Shown here: positions 29,464-37,844 of the stretch, in pieces
How positions within the stretch are numbered: the first letter of the stretch is position 1
How the letters are laid out: each line of letters starts with the position of its first letter
Assembly (NCBI GenBank): GCA_963700145.1
Contig: OY969474.1
Location: 4,352,001-4,416,000, forward strand
DNA from: an uncultured Acidobacteriota bacterium
GTDB taxonomy: Bacteria > Acidobacteriota > Thermoanaerobaculia > Multivoradales > UBA5704
Direction of reading: 5' to 3'
DNA length: 64,000 nt
Notes under the pieces: model-generated
The model's database searches: none
The model's input: only the letters and a program-made list of their open reading frames with translations
Told to the model about the DNA's origin: nothing
Translations under genes and position numbers: made by a program

Positions 29464-31482
29464 TCACCCTCGAGACGGAGCGCAGAGCTGGCCATTGTTG
29501 TACCTGTCGAGTGTCGTCGCCAGCGGTCCGCCGATCGCCCACGCCGCGCTGCTCGCCTTGACGTTGGCGCCCACCGGCCCGTAGGTCGCCATCCACAGGT
29601 CGGCCGCCGCGATCGTGCCGTTAATGCAGCTCGCGTCGTTGCCGGCGAGGACGTTGAGCTTGGCCGCGACGAGCTGCTCGAACATGTTGTAGGTCTTGTC
29701 GGTCTTGGTGGCCCTCTTCATCAGGGCGATCGCCTGCGCCTTGGTGTAGGTGACGCCGCCGATGGTGATCGTCTGGACCGGCCAGGCCTCCGGGTGGTTC
29801 TTCCAGTAGCCGGGGGTGCCCGTGCCCGGGCCCGCGGTGCGCCGGTAGCCGAAGTCGTAGGTGAGGACGTTCTCGTCGTCCAGGCTGTCGGTCTGCGTCT
29901 CGCCGCCGGTCGTCGAAGTCATTCCCGCCAGAGCGCCGCCGGGCGCGAAGTTGCTGGCGGCGACGCGCACGATGTAGGTGCCCGGCTCGTCGGTGCCGAA
30001 GCAGTAGAGCCCCTGCTCGTCGAGGCCGGTGTTGGCGGCCACGCAGGCGGCCCAGTTAGGCGACGAGGAGTCGCCGGTCGTCACCGTCTCGACGGGGGGC
30101 GAGCCGATGTCGGTCAGCAGCTCGAGCACCACGCCGGCGATCCCGCTCTCGCCGGGGTCCTGGATGCCGTCGCCGTCCGTGTCGAGCCAGACCGTGTCGC
30201 CGAGCAACAGGGGATCCGGCTCCGGGCAGAAGGCGGCGCCGTCGCCGGTCGTCGAGCAGGTGTCCGCGAACCAGAAGTTGAGGTTCGACATGTCGAGCCC
30301 GTAGATCCGCACCCTCCAGGTGCCGGCCGGCAGCGCCACGTCGTTGACGACGTAGTCCGCGTTGTTGGGGTCGGGGGCCGACAGCGTCGAGATCCGGAAC
30401 TGCTCCCACTCCATGTTGCCGGAGGGGTTGTCGTCGCGGTAGATCACCCCGTTCGGGTCGATCACCTCGTAGCGCACGCACCCCACCCGTCCCGGGTCCC
30501 CCGGCTCGCCGCGCCGGAAGATGTCGAAGGTCGAGTCGTCCGGCGGGTTGGGCGGCAGCAGGCCGCCCTCGGGGGTGACGCCCGTGGTGTCGAACGGGAA
30601 ACCGGCGTAGCTCGCCGGCGTGTCCGGGTCGTCGAGGTCGGCGCAGGGAGCGAGGACCGTCCCCGAGGGGGCGCCGACCAGGCCGGTGGTGCCGTGGTCG
30701 AAGTCGCCGTTGAAGAGCTTCAGCTCGGGCACGTCGCCGGGCAGGAGGAAGGTGAAGGTGAAGGTGCCGTCGTAGGTGGTCGGCGCGTTGACGAAGTCGA
30801 GGCCCGGCGGCGGGAACGTCGGCCCCGGATAGATGATCGGGCCGTCGTTGGCGAAGACGCGCAGGCCGGCCTCCAGCCCGAAGGCCGGGATGAGGAAGGA
30901 CATCGGGCTGGTCGAGGCCACCTTGATGTTGCTGGCCAGCACCTCGCCGGCGCCGCAGGCGCCGTCCGACCCGATCGTCAGGTTGTAGAAGTAGTTGCCG
31001 CTCGGCGCCTGGGCCGCCGGCGAGGTGGCGACGGTGACGCCCCACCAGGCGTTGTCGAGCATGCTGGCGCCGGTGGCCGTCCACAGCGGACCGCTCGTCG
31101 GGTTGGGGTCGTTGCCCGTCCAGGCGCCGATCAGGTCCGCCGGCGCCGTGCTCCCTTCGCGCAGCGGGTCGGCGTACAGGCGGTAGACGAGCTGCCGCGT
31201 GCCGACATCCCAGTGGGCCTTGCCGCCGCCGTCGGTCTTGCCGGTCTCGCCGTCGAAGAAGCTGAGCGTGAACGAGGTCTGGCCGGCGGGCGCGGCGAGA
31301 CCGATCGAGAGCCCGAGCTCGAAGGTCGCGGTCCCCGGGCAGCCGAAGGCGAGGAAGCGGCCGTCGGTCGCGTCCTGGGTGGGGAACGAGGAGAACGGCC
31401 CGGGGCCGATCTGCGCCGCCGCCGAGCCGGCGGCGAGGAGCAACAGGGTCGAGAGAAGGACGGTCCGGCGGAGGGGGCTCAT
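29464..31482 (-). CDS. Large secreted protein with SdrD-B-like domain and C-terminal TPGYWKNH domain
   Basis: Signal peptide (…AAGSAAAQ); LGDTVWLDTDGDGIQDPGESGIAGVVLEL...GLYCF...GTYIV...DFGY; GTPGYWKNHPEAWP...QLVAAKLN; Asp/Pro/Gly/Thr-rich. Confidence 0.8.
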   Translation of the reverse strand: MSPLRRTVLLSTLLLLAAGSAAAQIGPGPFSSFPTQDATDGRFLAFGCPGTATFELGLSIGLAAPAGQTSFTLSFFDGETGKTDGGGKAHWDVGTRQLVYRLYADPLREGSTAPADLIGAWTGNDPNPTSGPLWTATGASMLDNAWWGVTVATSPAAQAPSGNYFYNLTIGSDGACGAGEVLASNIKVASTSPMSFLIPAFGLEAGLRVFANDGPIIYPGPTFPPPGLDFVNAPTTYDGTFTFTFLLPGDVPELKLFNGDFDHGTTGLVGAPSGTVLAPCADLDDPDTPASYAGFPFDTTGVTPEGGLLPPNPPDDSTFDIFRRGEPGDPGRVGCVRYEVIDPNGVIYRDDNPSGNMEWEQFRISTLSAPDPNNADYVVNDVALPAGTWRVRIYGLDMSNLNFWFADTCSTTGDGAAFCPEPDPLLLGDTVWLDTDGDGIQDPGESGIAGVVLELLTDIGSPPVETVTTGDSSSPNWAACVAANTGLDEQGLYCFGTDEPGTYIVRVAASNFAPGGALAGMTSTTGGETQTDSLDDENVLTYDFGYRRTAGPGTGTPGYWKNHPEAWPVQTITIGGVTYTKAQAIALMKRATKTDKTYNMFEQLVAAKLNVLAGNDASCINGTIAAADLWMATYGPVGANVKASSAAWAIGGPLATTLDRYNNGQLCAPSRG

Positions 31483-31652
31483 CGTTGTGTCCCTTCTTTG
31501 GGGGAGACCTCTCAGTGTGGTCATCCTTCGTCAGGAGATCGTCAGCGTCGGCTCGCCAATCGGCCGCGATGGGGTTATCCTGGAAGGGCGACGCGAGGCG
31601 TCGAGTGAAACATGTGCAAACTGCTCTGTGTGTACGAGTTGGAGAGCTGCGC

Positions 31653-33785
31653 GTGAGCGCGCTCCGCGTCCGTCTGCTCGGCGGCTTCGAGGTCTGGCAT
31701 GGCGAGCGCCTGGTCGCCGGGTTCGAGTCACAAAAAGCCCGTGCGCTTCTCGCCTATTTGATTTCACAGCGCGGTCGGTCGTTCAGCCGCGACCACCTGG
31801 CCGCCCTGCTCTGGCCGGAGAGCGGTCCGGAGGCGGCGCGCCACGCTCTGCGCCAGGCGGTCTACAGCCTGCGCTCGCTGCTCCCCGCCGGCGAGGCGGC
31901 GCCGCCGCTCCTCGCCGACCACCGCGAGGTCCGCTTCAACCCCGCCGGCGAGCACTGGCTCGACGTCGCCGCCTTCGAGGAGGCGCTGCGCCGCGGCGGC
32001 GTCCAGGCCGACCCCCACCGCCTGGCGGCGGCGGCGCAGCTCTACCGCGGCGACTTCCTCTCCGGCTTCCACGTCAAGGAGGCGCTGGAGTTCGAGGAGT
32101 GGCTCTTCCGCGAGCAGGAGCGGCTGCGCGAGGCGGCGGTGGGCGCGCTGCGCACGCTGGTCGAGAGCTACCGCCGGCGCGGCGAGGTGCGCTTCGCCAG
32201 CCACTACGCGCGCCGCCTGCTGGCCATCGACCCGCTCTCCGAGCCCACCCACCGCGAGCTGATGCGCCTCGCCGCCGCGGGCGGCCACCGCAGCCGCGCC
32301 TTGGCGCAGTACGACGAGCTGCACGAGCGGCTGCAGGCAGAGCTCGGCGTCGAGCCGATGGAGGAGACGCGGGCCCTCTACGAATCGATCCTCGCCGAGC
32401 CGGAGACGGGCGCGGCGCCGGTGGTCGAGGGGGAGGCGGTGGGGCCGCTGGTGCCCCTGGTCGGGCGCGAGGGGCCGCTCGCGGCGCTCGCCGCCGCCTG
32501 GCGCGAGGTGCAGGCGGGGGCCGCCCGCTGGACCCTGGTCGAGGGCGAGACCGGCGTCGGCAAGAGCCGCCTGATCAAGACCGCCCTCGACGCCGCGCTG
32601 GCCCAGGGGAGCGCGTTCGTTCTCCAGGGGCGCGGCTGCGAGCTGCGGCCGCCGCCGCCGCTGCTGCCGATCGCCGAGGCGCTGCGCTCCGTCCTGGCCG
32701 CGGACGGAGCGGAGCGGCTGGTGGAGCAGCCGCCGGCGGCGCTGGCGGAGCTCTGCGTCGCGCTGGCCCGCCAGAGCGGCAGGCCGCTCGTCGTCCTGCT
32801 CGACGACCTCCACCTCGCCGACCCCGGCACCTTCGAGCTGCTGGCGCGGCTGGCGGGGGAGGGGGACTGGCCGGTCTGGATCCTCACCGCCTGGCGCCCG
32901 GAGCAGGTGCCGGAGGGCGACCCGCGGCGGGCGCTGGTGCGGCGCGGGGCGGCGCGGCTCTGGCTCGACCGTCTGGCGCCGGCCTGCTTCGAGGAGATCG
33001 CCGCCGCGCTGGTGACCGAAGGGGAGGCCGCCGAGCTCGGTGCCTGGCTGGCCGCGGGCGCCGCCGGCCTGCCGCTCCTCGCCACCGAGCTGATCAATCT
33101 GCTGCGCGACGAAGGGGTGCTGGTGAACGGCAGCATGACGGGCTGGCGCCTGGCGCGGCCGCTGGCGGCGGTGGCGCCGGCGCCGGCCGACGTGCGCGAG
33201 GTGGTGCTACGCCGCCTCCGCGCCCTGCCGCAGTCGGCGCGCCGTCTCGCCACCCTGGCCAGCGTCATCGGCCGCGGCTTCGAGCTCGGCCTGCTGCAGG
33301 CGGCGGGCGGCGAGCACCCGACGGTCGTCGAGGTGGGTCTCGAGCTGCTGCTCCAGCGCTGGCTGGTGCGGCGGGCGAGCGGCCGCTGGACCGACGAGGG
33401 GCGGGCGGTGGGGGAGGCGCTGTGGGCCGCCGGCGCGCGGCGCGGCGACTTCGAGTTCGCCCACCGGCTGATCGGCGAGACCATCTTCGACGCGGTCGAC
33501 GCGGAGCGCCGGCGCGTCCTCCACGGCGTGGTCGCCGCGGCGCTCGAGGAGCGTTCCGGCGGCGACCCGCGGCGGGGGTGCGAGACGCTCGCCCACCACT
33601 GGCTCGCCGCCGGCCGCCTCGAGAAGGCGGCGCCCTGCCTGCGGCTGGCAGCCGAGCGGGCGTGCGCCCTGGGCGCGGCGGAGACCGCCGCGGCCTACGA
33701 GGCGCTGGCCGCCGAAGCGGCGTCGGCGATCTCCTCGAGCGCCCGCGCCACCCCCGCCGCGTCCCCCACCTCAACCCGCCGGTAG
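31653..33785 (+). CDS. SARP/BTAD-domain transcriptional regulator with STAND-type ATPase
   Basis: wHTH LRVRLLGGF...KARALLAYL...LLWPE; BTAD LYRGDFL...DPLSEPTHRELM; Walker A GETGVGKS; Walker B VVLLDDLH; divergent from the RiPP operon. Confidence 0.85.
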   Translation: MSALRVRLLGGFEVWHGERLVAGFESQKARALLAYLISQRGRSFSRDHLAALLWPESGPEAARHALRQAVYSLRSLLPAGEAAPPLLADHREVRFNPAGEHWLDVAAFEEALRRGGVQADPHRLAAAAQLYRGDFLSGFHVKEALEFEEWLFREQERLREAAVGALRTLVESYRRRGEVRFASHYARRLLAIDPLSEPTHRELMRLAAAGGHRSRALAQYDELHERLQAELGVEPMEETRALYESILAEPETGAAPVVEGEAVGPLVPLVGREGPLAALAAAWREVQAGAARWTLVEGETGVGKSRLIKTALDAALAQGSAFVLQGRGCELRPPPPLLPIAEALRSVLAADGAERLVEQPPAALAELCVALARQSGRPLVVLLDDLHLADPGTFELLARLAGEGDWPVWILTAWRPEQVPEGDPRRALVRRGAARLWLDRLAPACFEEIAAALVTEGEAAELGAWLAAGAAGLPLLATELINLLRDEGVLVNGSMTGWRLARPLAAVAPAPADVREVVLRRLRALPQSARRLATLASVIGRGFELGLLQAAGGEHPTVVEVGLELLLQRWLVRRASGRWTDEGRAVGEALWAAGARRGDFEFAHRLIGETIFDAVDAERRRVLHGVVAAALEERSGGDPRRGCETLAHHWLAAGRLEKAAPCLRLAAERACALGAAETAAAYEALAAEAASAISSSARATPAASPTSTRR

Positions 33786-34807
33786 CGCTCCGCCGGCAGC
33801 GCCGCCGCGCACAGCCGGTGGACGTCGGAGCGCGCGCTGCCGACGAAGACGACCGTCTTCCCCGAGGCGATGCAGCCGTGCACCTTCGAGGGCAGCACGT
33901 AGCCCACGAACTCGTCGCGCAGAGTGATGAGGTGGGCGGTCGGCGTGACCAGGAGACGCGGCAGCAGCTCGAGCGGCAGCGGCCGGCCGCGGTGGAGCGG
34001 CAGGCCGAGGTCGAGCAGCGCCGCCTCCACCCGGTCGGCCTTGGCGCCCGTGGCGTTGAGCCAGAGCCCGACGCGGCCGGAGCCTTCGCGGTGGTGCCGG
34101 CGGTAGCCCTCGACGAACGTCTCGTGGTCGTGGGCGACGCCGAAGTTGCCCGAGTAGAGGAGCAGCGTCCGGCCGGCCAGCTCGGCCGGCGGCGGCAGCG
34201 GCGCGGTCCCCGGCGGCACCTCGACCGGCGACGGGTCGCGCTTCAAGACGATCCGCGCCGCCGGGATCCCCTGCTCCAGAAGGCGCTCGCGCTGGTCCTC
34301 CCCCAGCACCTCGAAGCGGTGGACGCGGCGGCGCAGCGCCACCGTCCAGCGGTGGAAAGCGGCGAGCCACCGCGGCACCCGCCCCAGCTCCGCCATCAGG
34401 CACTCGGGGTGGAAGTCGGTGATGCGGTAGGTGAGCCGCCGGCGCAGCAGGAGGTTGAGCGGCACGACGAGGTGGATCAGGAAGGGCGGGCTGCCGGTGA
34501 AAAGCACCTCGTCGGCGCGCCGCAGCTCGCGGCGCACCGCCCAGAGGAGGCGCAAGTTCGTCCGCGCCGTCCACCAGGCGCGGGTGCGGAAGTCGGCGCG
34601 GTCGTAGGGGCGCGCCGCGAGGCGCAGCACACGCAGCCGTCCGGAGCCGGCCGTCTCCTCCACCAGCGACCCACCGCCCGAGGCCAGCCCGGCGAGCAGC
34701 ACGTCTTCGCCGGCCGCCGCCCGCTCGCGCGCGAAGTGCAGGCTGTACTGCCCGACCGCCCCGAAGTCAGGGGGCAGCCAGTCGCAGAGATAGACGAGCT
34801 TGAACAT
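33695..34807 (-). CDS. Glycosyltransferase family 4 (WbuB/WcaI-like)
   Basis: PPDFGAVGQ, TGSPPF, DFHPE, YSGNFGVAH, VLPSKV. Confidence 0.78.
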   Translation of the reverse strand: MFKLVYLCDWLPPDFGAVGQYSLHFARERAAAGEDVLLAGLASGGGSLVEETAGSGRLRVLRLAARPYDRADFRTRAWWTARTNLRLLWAVRRELRRADEVLFTGSPPFLIHLVVPLNLLLRRRLTYRITDFHPECLMAELGRVPRWLAAFHRWTVALRRRVHRFEVLGEDQRERLLEQGIPAARIVLKRDPSPVEVPPGTAPLPPPAELAGRTLLLYSGNFGVAHDHETFVEGYRRHHREGSGRVGLWLNATGAKADRVEAALLDLGLPLHRGRPLPLELLPRLLVTPTAHLITLRDEFVGYVLPSKVHGCIASGKTVVFVGSARSDVHRLCAAALPAERYRRVEVGDAAGVARALEEIADAASAASAS

Positions 34808-34856
34808 CGGAGACCGCGGGCCCGCCGCCGTAGCGCCCGGCCTACGTGCCGGGCGT

Positions 34857-35876
34857 TTACCTCTCGGTGAGCATCTCCGCGAGGTACCCCCCGACCTTCT
34901 CCCGCTCCTTGCTGGCGAAGTACCAGTCGATGGTGCGGTGGAGGCCGTCCATGAACTTCATCCGCGGCTCCCAGCCCAGGAGCTCGCGCGCCAGCGTGTT
35001 CTTGGCCACCCGGTTGAGCGGGCCGGTCGGCATGTGCGGCAGGAACTTGATCTCGGCCGAGTGGCCGGTGTAGTGGAGGACCTCGCGCACCGCGTCGATG
35101 ACCCGCGTCCGCTCCTCGGTGCCCAGGTTGACGGCGGTGCCGTCGTCGATCTTCTCGGCGCACAGCACCATGCCGCGCACGATGTCGCCGACGTAGGTCC
35201 AGTTGCGCACCTGCGTGCCGTCCCCCCAGACCTCGAACGGGTCCTGGCGGACGAAGGCGCGAGCGATCATGGCGATCACCGCGTGGTTCTCCACCCCGCG
35301 CTCGCCGTAGACGGTGAAGAAGCGGCAGGAGGCGGCCTTCAGGCCGAAGTCGCGCGCGTAGGCGGCGAGGGTCATCTCGGTCATCAGCTTCGCCCAGCCG
35401 TACATGTTGTCGGCGTCGTAGGGCGGACCGACCATCTCCTCGGAGAGGTACAGCTCCTCGGTGACGTCCCCCTGCAGGTGGTTCGGGTAGACGCAGCCGG
35501 AGGAGGCGAAGACGAACTTCTCGACCCCGGCCTCGTGCGCCGCCTTGACCAGCATGCCGTCCATCGCCAGGTTCTGCGCGCAGGCCGCCTGGTGGAGATC
35601 GACGAAGCCGCGGCCGCCGTGGATGGCGGCGAGATGGAAGACGACGTCCACGCCCGCGACGGCGTCCTGCGCCACGCCCGGCGCCAAGAGGTCGTCGCGC
35701 CGGAAGTCCACCCGCCCGGCGTCGATGTGCCCCTGGACGTTGGCGAGCTTGCCGCTCGAGAGGTCGTCCACCACGCGGACGTCCCGCGCCCCCTTCTCGA
35801 CCAGCAGATCGATCAGGTGGGAGCTGATGAACGAGGCCCCGCCGGTGACGAGGATCTTCTTGGACGCCCAATCCAT
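34857..35876 (-). CDS. NAD-dependent nucleotide-sugar epimerase/dehydratase
   Basis: LVTGGASFISS, HLAA, SSGCVY, YGWAK, WGDGTQVRNWTYV. Confidence 0.9.
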   Translation of the reverse strand: MDWASKKILVTGGASFISSHLIDLLVEKGARDVRVVDDLSSGKLANVQGHIDAGRVDFRRDDLLAPGVAQDAVAGVDVVFHLAAIHGGRGFVDLHQAACAQNLAMDGMLVKAAHEAGVEKFVFASSGCVYPNHLQGDVTEELYLSEEMVGPPYDADNMYGWAKLMTEMTLAAYARDFGLKAASCRFFTVYGERGVENHAVIAMIARAFVRQDPFEVWGDGTQVRNWTYVGDIVRGMVLCAEKIDDGTAVNLGTEERTRVIDAVREVLHYTGHSAEIKFLPHMPTGPLNRVAKNTLARELLGWEPRMKFMDGLHRTIDWYFASKEREKVGGYLAEMLTER

Positions 35877-35939
35877 TCGCTCAAGGCCTCCGTGCCAGGC
35901 TTCCGTCTGCCGAAGCGGCCGCTGCGAGCGCCGGATGGA

Positions 35940-36209
35940 ATGGGTCGAGCCGCTGATCCACTCGGTTCGGCCGCTGATCCATTCGGTTCCGGCGCAGAAC
36001 CATTGGGTTCGGCCGCTGATCCACTCGGTTCCGCCGCAGAACCATTGGGTTCGGCCGCTGATCCATTGGGTTCGGCCGCTGATCCACTCGGTTTAGCCGC
36101 TGATCCATTGGGTTCGGCCGCTGAACCACTGGGTTCCGGCGCTGAACCACTGGGTTCGGCCGCCGATCCCCTCGATTTCCGCCCCTGGAGCCTATCCTGG
36201 CCATCGTAA
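35940..36209 (+). CDS. Putative small repeat peptide (GSAADPL)x11, antisense to the operon
   Basis: ATG 35940 to TAA 36209; variation between units is mostly synonymous or conservative in this frame; no clear SD. Confidence 0.35.
   Translation: MGRAADPLGSAADPFGSGAEPLGSAADPLGSAAEPLGSAADPLGSAADPLGLAADPLGSAAEPLGSGAEPLGSAADPLDFRPWSLSWPS
35943..36173 (+). repeat. Tandem repeat, 11 x 21 bp (consensus GGTTCGGCCGCTGATCCA[CT]T[CG])
   Basis: 11 in-phase 21-bp units counted by hand in the gap between the epimerase and methyltransferase genes. Confidence 0.92.
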
Positions 36210-36947
36210 CAGGCCGATGCCGTAGCCCGAGGGCCCGGTCTCGTCCACCAGCTCCTCGCCCGCGAATCGCGCGGCCAGGTCGGGCCAGACGCGGTGCACC
36301 TGCCCCGAGAAGTTCCGCTCGTCGGCGCGGATGTCGTGGAGCGCGATCAGGCCGCCCGGACGCAGGAACGGCGCGTAATCCGCGAAGTCCCGCCGGACGC
36401 CCGCCTCCGAATGGTCGCCGTCGATGAACAGAAAGTCCAGCGGCTCGCCGCGCAGCGCCGCGGCAAGCCGCCGCGGCGCCGCCCGCCCGTGCGAGTCCCC
36501 CCGCACCAGGACGACGCGCTGGCCGGGTCGGGCGAATGACCGGTAGAGCCGCGCGCGGAACGGATTGTACCCCCCGCCGAAGTGCCCTTCGGGCAGGTCG
36601 ATGCTCACCAGCAGGGCATCGGGCGCGGCGACCCGCGACAGCAGCAGGAGGGTGCCGCCGCCGGCGGTGCCGATCTCGAGCAGGCGGCGCGGCCGCAGCG
36701 GGGCCAGCCGCTCGAGCAGCGCCAGGATCTCCGCCTTCTTCTGCCAGGCGAAGACCGGCTGGTCCTCCCCCCACGTGCGGTCGACGACCATCTCGACGAG
36801 CTCCGCCAGCGGCAGGTCCGGAGGCAGGCCCTGGAGCCGGCGGCTGAAACGCCGGAAGCTGGAGAGCCGCGCGTGGCCGAACCGGACCAGCTCGCCGGGG
36901 CCCCCTTGGCGGAGGATGCGAAAGGCGTCGCGGACGCGGAAGGCCAT
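36192..36947 (-). CDS. Class I SAM methyltransferase (Methyltransf_24/CmcI-like)
   Basis: LLEIGTAGGGT, VSIDL, GDSH, DFLFIDGDHS, IALHDI. Confidence 0.85.
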   Translation of the reverse strand: MAFRVRDAFRILRQGGPGELVRFGHARLSSFRRFSRRLQGLPPDLPLAELVEMVVDRTWGEDQPVFAWQKKAEILALLERLAPLRPRRLLEIGTAGGGTLLLLSRVAAPDALLVSIDLPEGHFGGGYNPFRARLYRSFARPGQRVVLVRGDSHGRAAPRRLAAALRGEPLDFLFIDGDHSEAGVRRDFADYAPFLRPGGLIALHDIRADERNFSGQVHRVWPDLAARFAGEELVDETGPSGYGIGLLRWPG

Positions 36948-36956
36948 GCCGGCTCT

Positions 36957-37844
36957 CTACCGGAACTCCCGGCGCACGAGCCGCAGCAGCTCCCGCCGGC
37001 CGCTCGCCTTGGCGCGCGCCGTCTCCCGCCCGGGGCCCAGCGTGCGCAGGAGAGCCAGGGCCAGCCATTCGACCGCGATGCGCGCGAGCGTGGCGGCGCG
37101 CAGCAGGCGCGGGAAGCGGACCCTGCCGTGCTTGCGGAGTAGCCGGAAGCGGCTGCGATGGAACTCGCGGACCCGCCATTCCGTGGCGATCGGGGTGCCG
37201 CCCCCTTCATGGTAGGCGACGAGCGACGGGTCGCGGCGGACGAGCCAGCCGGCCTGCCGCACGCGCAGCGACAGATCGACGTCCACGTCCAGGAACCCCA
37301 GCTCCTCGTCAGCGCCGCCGACGGCCAGGAAGGCCGCGCGCCGCACCGCGAGCGCCCCGGTGTGGAGACAGAGGTCTTGCGGCTCCCGGGCGGGCAGCAG
37401 CCGGCGCAGCCAGCTGTCCACCCGCTGCCCGGCGACCAGCGCGAAGACGCCCGGCTGTGGGCTCCAGGAGGAGGTCTCGCGCCCCTCAGCGTCCACCGTG
37501 CGGAAGCCGAGGAGGCCAAGGCGCGGCTCGCGGGCGAAGGCGGCGAGGATCGCCTCCGAGACGTCGGCCAGGGGATAGGCATCGGCGTCGAACACCACGG
37601 CGACGTCGGTGCCGACCTCGTCGATTCCCCGGTTCAGGGAGGCGGCGAAGCCCCGGCGGTCGGGGTTGACCGCCACCGCGATGCGGGGGTCGGCCGGCGG
37701 CGGCCCCGGCGGCGTCGCGGAATGGTCGTCGATGACCAGGATGCGCTCCAGCGCCCCGCCCCACGCCGTCAGGGCCGCGAGGCAGCGCACGGCGAGCGGC
37801 CAGGACTCGAAGTGGGTGACCACGGCGCCGAGGGTGAGCGTCAC
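36957..37844 (-). CDS. Glycosyltransferase family 2
   Basis: LVIDDHS, GFAASLNRG, FDADA, DVDLSLR. Confidence 0.8.
   Translation of the reverse strand: MTLTLGAVVTHFESWPLAVRCLAALTAWGGALERILVIDDHSATPPGPPPADPRIAVAVNPDRRGFAASLNRGIDEVGTDVAVVFDADAYPLADVSEAILAAFAREPRLGLLGFRTVDAEGRETSSWSPQPGVFALVAGQRVDSWLRRLLPAREPQDLCLHTGALAVRRAAFLAVGGADEELGFLDVDVDLSLRVRQAGWLVRRDPSLVAYHEGGGTPIATEWRVREFHRSRFRLLRKHGRVRFPRLLRAATLARIAVEWLALALLRTLGPGRETARAKASGRRELLRLVRREFR

Noticed and set aside
29880-29920. GGETQT in the SdrD-like protein resembles GGSTQT in the RiPP core
   Set aside because: It is a six-residue low-complexity match in a Gly/Thr-rich protein and cannot be distinguished from chance.
35830-35860. Atypical GGASFISS Rossmann motif suggesting an inactive epimerase
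   Set aside because: The catalytic Ser and YxxxK and the rest of the fold motifs are intact, so this is most likely a natural variant.
35943-36173. Possible CRISPR array
   Set aside because: The units are contiguous 21-mers with no unique spacers, and no cas genes are present.
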